DNA of 64,000 nucleotides, from assembly GCF_000007005.1 (NCBI RefSeq), contig NC_002754.1. One strand, written 5' to 3'. The notes under the pieces are model-generated. The model made no database searches, had not been told where the DNA came from, and saw only the letters and a list, made by a program, of their open reading frames with translations. This document shows, one piece after another, positions 57,873-64,000 of this stretch (positions are counted from its first letter, which is position 1; each line of letters opens with the position of its first letter). Source of the stretch: Saccharolobus solfataricus P2. GTDB lineage: Archaea > Thermoproteota > Thermoprotei_A > Sulfolobales > Sulfolobaceae. A program made the position numbers and the translations under genes.

Positions 57873-58988
57873 TCAATCGAGAGACACCATCAACTTACGA
57901 TAAGACCACATGTTCACTGTAAACTTATTACCCTTCTCCTGCACAATGTTAAATGGATAACCTAGATAAATTGTTGACACTCCTAGTTCGTGGAGTGTTT
58001 CAATAAGGTGGGAGGCTAGATTACGGTAGAGGTGAAGGAGCCTCCTAGTTAGTTTCTTAAAAAACCTCCTCTTTTCCCTCAACAATTCTAGGTACGCATC
58101 ATATTCACCAATGTTTCTGGTTCTGTCAGCTAACGATTGCACTTCTGAAATCCTTCTTTGGAAGTAAAAGTAGTCCTCCTTTGTTCTAACACCCTTGTAG
58201 AGCAACCAAGTTCCGTCGTTAACTACTACACTAGCTATTACGTTGATGCCTAGATCGATTGAAGTTACTTTGTTTCCCTTTGGTTTGGAAATCTGGATGG
58301 ACTTTCTCTCACCCTTGACGACGTGCTTACTCTTCTTTCCAGTTTCCTCAACACCTACTTCAATTGGTATGTGAGCATACCAAGCGTTCTTGGTCTCGTC
58401 AAAAATTATTTCTAGTCTACCTTGTTTACCATACCATTTTAGTCTACCGACAAAGTCTATTTCCATGTCGAAATCCTTGAGGATTAATTTGTGATTTCCA
58501 GCATCTACCTTGTAACGATCTTGTCTAACAACTAGTATTAGCTTTCTTTTCCCTGCTTCTCTGTCCTTCCAGTATCTAGGCGGAGAAACGTGGTTCATGT
58601 GTGGTGGTAGTTTTCTTTCCTTCTTCAGTTTTAACAAGGAGAAGAAGGATGACCACGCTTCATTATTCTTCTGAAGGACAGCTTGAGCATTAACACCCAG
58701 TATGGCCTTGTACTTCTCGTAGTATTTGTTCCACGTTCCCTTAAAGTCTACTTTCCCTTCGTGAAAGAATTGTTGCCTCCTTTCGAAGTTCACTTCGTTG
58801 AAGAGTTTTGCAGAGAGATTAGCTAACCTCCTCAGCTTTCTTTCTTGAAAACCATTTGGAAGAAGACGAACTACATTGGTTCTTCGATTTGAGTATTTAA
58901 CTTCGTAGACACCCTCCTCTGGCATTGCGGGAGTAGGAGTCGGCTCCCGCTCCTCATCCCCTAAGAGTTGACCAGAGGAGGGTGCCAT
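57873..58988 (-). pseudogene. tnpB: 3'-truncated TnpB (IS200/IS605 family, no tnpA)
   Basis: SIDLGIN RuvC-I present; ends at WSYRKLM before the Zn finger and RuvC-III. Confidence 0.88.
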
Positions 58989-59023
58989 AACTAATCGTTA
59001 TTGCTGAAGTTTAAATAGCTTTA

Positions 59024-59046
59024 CCCTGCCCCTAGAAGGGGCGAGG
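59024..59046 (-). repeat. Subterminal hairpin at the left end of the IS605-type element
   Basis: CCTGCCCC-TAGAA-GGGGCGAGG just upstream of the tnpB TATA box. Confidence 0.7.
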
Positions 59047-59720
59047 TTTGTCTCTCATTTTATCACGACATGGAGTTTTAGTTTGTTGTAGGACCTAATG
59101 GTTCTGGAAAGGCTTTAACACTTTTACTAAACCACTCGCTATTTTAATCATTTCTAAATACAGTTTTGAATAATTATATTTAGGTATTACGTGTATTTTT
59201 ACTAATAATCTCCAAACTGGTGACTGCTCACTTAGGAGTTACGTTTCCCTCGTAGGGTGCATTACCAATTAAGCCCGTGAGAAGTTACGCCACACGTTGT
59301 TTGAGTCCGCCATTTACTCCACTACGGCGAACTAACACTTTCAGAAAGAGCTTACAGACGAAATGATAGCAGCATAGCTACGCTTATTGCTTTAAAGGGA
59401 TATGGAGCAATAAGAGCATTTGAGTGCTTGCCAAGAAGACCAGAAGGTGATTACATTTTGCTTAAAGTGATGAGGAGTAAGAACATTTTTCTCGAGGAGT
59501 TTTATCTACACTAATAAACCCCTGGTTTTTTAGTACTCGGTATAGTTCTGACGGCAATTTATTTGCCGAAGCTTTTCCCTCTTCTTGCTATGTTGATCGC
59601 GTCAGTTATACCTCAAACAAGGGAGTTCTTTCAAGGCTTTGAGAGGTGAAATGTGGAAAAAGGAGAGCAAGTAATCTGTGATATTCATGGAGTAAGTTCA
59701 TATAAGAATAGCCTTGGTTT

Positions 59721-60596
59721 TCATTTGTTGGAAATTAACTCGTTAATATTTTTGATTACTAACTTGCCTAATGTATTCTTAATTTCCATTGCATGTCCTC
59801 TAAATTCTCCGCGAGGGTCTACTTTCCCCTTTATAATATCATCAGAATAATTTAGAATAGCCCTATACATTCTTTCAAAATCATTATCATCAGTAATAAA
59901 AACAATATTATCGTAAATTCCTTCGCGTAAAAGCAAGAAAAGATATTGGAATATTAACTGATCCTTCCTACTTGGTACTTTTTTATATCCTTGGGATTTT
60001 AAATTACGCAAATGTCTATTAATACCCTCATAAATTAGTTGAATTTCCTTAATAACATAATCATTAATAAGTATCTTAACGTTGTCAAGTACAGTAAATT
60101 TTTGTTTGATTATAGCTTTTACACTAGACAGATAGTCAATCAGATCTTCAGTTCGCCCATTTAAAGCTATATGGTTTCTAAGGACTTCCGGATCCAAGTT
60201 AACTACCTTATCTTCTAACTTTTTAAAGAACTCCTTCGCAAGTATTTGCCTTATTCCGCCGGGCGAGATCAGTTCATTATAATGGGTTTTTCGTATTTCA
60301 TCATAAAGCCGATCAAAATTCTTTCTTATATCATTAATAATTTGAAATTTACCTTTTATATCTAATTCTTTCCAATCAGATCTTGACAGTATCTTCTCGT
60401 AGATGATATGAGATACCATGTTATATGCGTCATTGATTATCGATTCGAATTCGGATAAGTTAATATCAAGTATAATACATTGATCTTTGCTCAATGAAGA
60501 AATAAATCTTTCAATATCTTCTTTCTCGTTCAAGAGCTTTCTATATATCCATTTTACGAGAATGTTAGTATCTAAGAAAAAAGTCTCCATATTCAC
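59721..60596 (-). CDS. Large PIN-domain protein
   Basis: FLDTNIL, SEF, SRKD.LI, FITDDNDF with long helical inserts. Confidence 0.78.
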   Translation of the reverse strand: MNMETFFLDTNILVKWIYRKLLNEKEDIERFISSLSKDQCIILDINLSEFESIINDAYNMVSHIIYEKILSRSDWKELDIKGKFQIINDIRKNFDRLYDEIRKTHYNELISPGGIRQILAKEFFKKLEDKVVNLDPEVLRNHIALNGRTEDLIDYLSSVKAIIKQKFTVLDNVKILINDYVIKEIQLIYEGINRHLRNLKSQGYKKVPSRKDQLIFQYLFLLLREGIYDNIVFITDDNDFERMYRAILNYSDDIIKGKVDPRGEFRGHAMEIKNTLGKLVIKNINELISNK

Positions 60597-61300
60597 TCAT
60601 TTTTTGCATGAATTCTGGAAAAAAGATAATATCCTAACGAGTCCCTTGAGGGAATAGGTGCCTCGTTGGTTAATGTGTGTAGCAATACTCCACTTAGCTC
60701 CGATATATAAGGAAATACCTCCTTCGTCTTTAGATAGTGCAGAATAGGCATGCCGAGTAGTCCAACGATTAAATTAACGAAATGAAGCGTATTCTTAAAC
60801 GGAGAGTCTTTCGTTTTGACGTCGTTCTGTATATTTAACTTGGACAATTTTGCATACACGATTGTTAAATAACGCAGATACAGTGAGTAGTACGTAGTTA
60901 ATAAGAAATTAGGATTAGTAGAATTTACTTCATCGTAAAACTTCTTCTCATTTTTCCTTAGTCCGTCAATAAGTTTGCCCAACGCGTTAATTGTTATTTC
61001 TAAGTATTCTCTTATGGTAGTATTATTTTCGAACAAAGAGGCGTATAATTCAAAATCTTCCTTTATTTTCCTAACCTCCTCTAATAGCATTTTTATATCT
61101 AAATCTTCAGGGTTCAGAGCTATTGCCAATATGCCTTCATAAATCTCAAACAAATTTGTCTCATACTTCTCAAGCAAATAGTCCAGCATCTTTTCTAAAT
61201 ACTGTAAAGGAAAATTCCTGTTTTTCACTCTCTGTAAAGTCTCGTAATATTGCTCAAAAGGAGTTGAAAGTTCTACTGACATAGATATCAATCTACACAA
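60593..61300 (-). CDS. Hypothetical all-helical protein coupled to the PIN gene
   Basis: 235 aa; 4-nt ATGA-type overlap with the PIN gene; start probably MSVELS. Confidence 0.72.
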   Translation of the reverse strand: MCRLISMSVELSTPFEQYYETLQRVKNRNFPLQYLEKMLDYLLEKYETNLFEIYEGILAIALNPEDLDIKMLLEEVRKIKEDFELYASLFENNTTIREYLEITINALGKLIDGLRKNEKKFYDEVNSTNPNFLLTTYYSLYLRYLTIVYAKLSKLNIQNDVKTKDSPFKNTLHFVNLIVGLLGMPILHYLKTKEVFPYISELSGVLLHTLTNEAPIPSRDSLGYYLFSRIHAKNE

Positions 61301-61477
61301 TATGTTTATGAAACATTTTATAAAAACTTTCTGCTGTATTTTAGTCCCTGCCTTACTGCGAGAATCTTTTTTACGAAAATGAGGGAAAATTGGTTTGGAC
61401 TAAGGCAAATGGTACAAAAATATATTTTGTGGCGATAGGGACTAACCTTGTGTCTAGGAGGCGATTAGACGAGTTTT

Positions 61478-62593
61478 TTGCAAGTGTTAAGCATGATATT
61501 TACTAGAGAGATTCTAGAGGAGGCAATAAATTACGGGCTTACAAAGAACACAACATCATTCACTAGAATTAAGGCCGGGATTTACAAGACTGAGAGGGAG
61601 AAGCATAGGGACTTACCATCCCATTATATTTACACCGCTTGTGAAGATGCCAGCGAGAGGCTAGATAGCTTCAATAAGTTGAAGAAGAGAGGAAGGAGTT
61701 ATACTGACAGACCGTCAGTTAGGAGGGTTACTGTCCATCTTGACGACCACTTGTGGAAGTTCAGCCTCAACGTGATTTCAATTGCTACTAAGAGGGGTAG
61801 GGTTTGCATTTCCCCAATCTTTCCAAAGATCTTCTGGAGGTATTATAACGACAATTGGTTAATTGCTAGTGGGGCTAGGTTTAAACTGTTGAAGGGGAAT
61901 GTTGTAGAGTTCTTTATAGTTTTTAAGAAGGATGTTAAATCTTACGATCCAAGGGGTTTTATTCCAGTTGATTTGAATGAGGATTCAGTCTCTGTATTAA
62001 TTAATGGGAAACCGATACTTTTAGAGACTAACACTAGGATGATTACTCTGGGTTATGAGTATAAAAGGAGGTCGATAACTAATGGTAGGTCTACTAAGGA
62101 TAGGGAGGTTAGGAGAAAGTTGAGGGAGAGGGATAAGAAGCTTGATGTTAGGAGGAAGTTTGCTAAGTTGATTGTTAAGGAGGCTTTTGGGAGTAGGAGT
62201 GCTATAGTCTTGGAGGATTTGCCAAGGGGGGTTCCGGAGCATATGGTTAAGGGTGTGAAGGATAAACAGCTTAGGTTGAGGATTTATCGTTCGGCATTTT
62301 CTTCAATGAAAAATGCTATTGTTGAGAAGGCTAGGGAGTTTGGTGTTCCCGTAATCTTGGTTGATCCTTCTTATACTTCTTCTATTTGCCCTGTTCACGG
62401 GTCGAAGATTATTTATCAGCCCGATGGGGGCTCTGCCCCAAGGGTTGGTGTTTGTGGGAAGGGAGGAGAGAGGTGGCATAGGGATGTTGTTGCGTTATAT
62501 AATTTGAGGAAAAGGGCTGGAGATGTGAGCCCCGTGCCGTTGGGCTCTAAGGAGTCTCATGACCCACCTGTCGTGCAGGTGGTTGAGGGCTAA
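61478..62593 (+). pseudogene. tnpB: 5'-truncated TnpB of IS607 type (ISC1904/ISC1913-like)
   Basis: DLPSHYIYTACEDA; RuvC PVDLN, VLEDL, HRDVV intact; N-terminus and tnpA missing; late frameshift. Confidence 0.85.
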
Positions 62594-62652
62594 GTCCCTA
62601 CACTTGATCATGATTAATAAAATGAGTGAAATGAAAGTGTAGGGACAAACGG
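62521..62652 (+). ncRNA. Putative omega/reRNA region and right end of the IS607-type element
   Basis: Overlaps the tnpB 3' end, ends in GACAAACGG; boundary defined by comparison with the 56025 copy. Confidence 0.6.
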
Positions 62653-62697
62653 TAGGTTACTGATGATCTCACTTAATGCTGCTGTTGTTAGCTCCCA

Positions 62698-63090
62698 TTA
62701 AACCCCTTTTATCAACTCCTCTAATGTAATAGCGTTGGCCTTTCTTATCAACTCACGATTGTTAGATACTAGAGTGAGGCCTAAAGACTCAGCAACGTAT
62801 ACGTAAGACGCATCATAATAAGTTAAACCCTTGTCTATAGCGACCTTCATTACCTTATCTAAAGGTGGGTCTTCTACTACGTTAAAGCGCCTAAGTAAAT
62901 CGTTAAAAAGCATAGAAAGGGTTATTGGGTCCTTTACCTTCTTGTGTATATAATACTCTTTCCATATCGCGTTTCCTACCTCGTAAAAAGTCAAGGTAAG
63001 TATATAAATTTTCTTGACGTCAATCTTGTCGATGTAGTCTAAAAGTGGGTATAAAGCTGAAGCGTCGAATAAAAACCCGTTACCTTTCAT
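62698..63090 (-). CDS. vapC: VapC PIN-domain toxin
   Basis: LFDASAL, YEVGNA, LTYYDASY, LVSNNREL. Confidence 0.9.
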   Translation of the reverse strand: MKGNGFLFDASALYPLLDYIDKIDVKKIYILTLTFYEVGNAIWKEYYIHKKVKDPITLSMLFNDLLRRFNVVEDPPLDKVMKVAIDKGLTYYDASYVYVAESLGLTLVSNNRELIRKANAITLEELIKGV

Positions 63091-63778
63091 TCCTATTTTC
63101 CCTTATGACTGTTGCCCATTCTTCCTCGTTCACGTCTTTCATAAGTTCCTTAATTTTTAGCGCAGTTTCTCTAAGCCTTTCTTTTTCCTTCTCCTTTATT
63201 GCCTCATCCAAGGCTTTTTCTACAACTTCCCTAATATTATCCTCTCCCTTATCTAGTCTCGAGAGAAGATAAGCTAAGATTCCAATTGCACTTAAAGCTC
63301 CTACACTGACTGTTATTGGCTGCAAAGCTGTTATTGATCTGGGTGGGTTTAAGGTTACAAAGTAGTGCGTCTTTACTTCTTTAATCCATTTCTTAGCACC
63401 GTTGTCAAAGATGTGTAATTTATCATAAACTGTTCTGTAGATTTCAAATACTTCATAAATTGAAGGGATTGTGGGATACGTCAAGTGTTCAAGATAGTCC
63501 CTACTGACTTCAAAATGAGCGTCAATAAAGCCATCATCATATATTCTGACGTGAAGTTCCCAGATGTTGAAAAACTTTGTCGATAAAGAGTATTTCTCAC
63601 CTTTAAACCCTGCACTCTTTAAAGCATTAACTACATCATTAATCTTATTTTTTGGAACAAACAGTCTTAAATTACCTTCCTTTATTACATATTCGTGAGG
63701 TAACGTAACGGAGGTTCCGTCAAAGTAAACTACGTCTCTGGGTAGATATGTTGATATCGAATATTCTACAACCTGCAT
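63080..63778 (-). CDS. Unknown domain plus TM helix fused in frame to a VapB-like antitoxin C-terminus
   Basis: C-terminal NIREVVEKALDEAIKEKE...WATVIRENRNER resembles Sulfolobales VapB; overlaps the vapC start. Confidence 0.7.
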   Translation of the reverse strand: MQVVEYSISTYLPRDVVYFDGTSVTLPHEYVIKEGNLRLFVPKNKINDVVNALKSAGFKGEKYSLSTKFFNIWELHVRIYDDGFIDAHFEVSRDYLEHLTYPTIPSIYEVFEIYRTVYDKLHIFDNGAKKWIKEVKTHYFVTLNPPRSITALQPITVSVGALSAIGILAYLLSRLDKGEDNIREVVEKALDEAIKEKEKERLRETALKIKELMKDVNEEEWATVIRENRNER

Positions 63779-63834
63779 AACGTATCCTTAATAATATAAT
63801 TACGCAAAGTATTTAAACTTCATAGTTTGTCGAA

Positions 63835-64000
63835 AACTGTCGGCATCCCTCATCTGGTGGGCAGTCGGGTGGTCCAGAGAACCACCCTTGTTTAAATTCG
63901 TGATAGCAACGACGTCACGATCAAACGAGGGGCAGCGAAAAGCAATCTCAACCATCTTCTTACCACACTTTGGACAAGAGACGGAAGAGTACCTATGGAT
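63835..64000 (-). pseudogene. tnpB: Degenerate tnpB 3' fragment (continues beyond the window)
   Basis: [13 protein letters not shown]...FRCPS..DRDVVAI.NL...QMRD with internal deletions. Confidence 0.8.

Noticed and set aside
63045-63272. 75-aa plus-strand ORF
   Set aside because: Antisense shadow of the vapB-like tail and the vapC start.

Overview
Sulfolobales chromosome segment; several proteins (MCM, Rrp41, Rrp42) look from memory like Saccharolobus (Sulfolobus) solfataricus. About 1-45 kb is conserved core: EF-2, the exosome/proteasome/RNase P/KEOPS/prefoldin superoperon, translation and RNA-modification genes, RFC, Cdc6-2, GINS-MCM, lipid genes (egsA, carS) and 8 tRNA genes, 4 with BHB introns. 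Two small inserts interrupt the core: a three-gene orphan cluster between two tRNA-Leu genes (17.3-18.9 kb) and a 1.3-kb pile-up of integrated-element remnants between tRNA-Val and tRNA-Glu (26.9-28.2 kb). About 45.3-64 kb is a decaying accessory region that starts at a 44-bp tRNA-Arg att copy with an SSV-type integrase C-fragment. It contains a MITE-bracketed transport/catabolic cassette, ISC1439, IS5, IS605 and IS607 remnants, PIN modules and orphan genes. The best lead is a pair of homologous 72-nt box C/D guide-RNA cassettes, one in each integrase remnant. They share promoter spacing and box architecture and have covarying 11-bp terminal stems, but their guides are entirely different, which suggests a mobile-element-borne guide-RNA family. 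No CRISPR array or rRNA gene was seen. No searches were run, so family names come from recognised motifs and recall.
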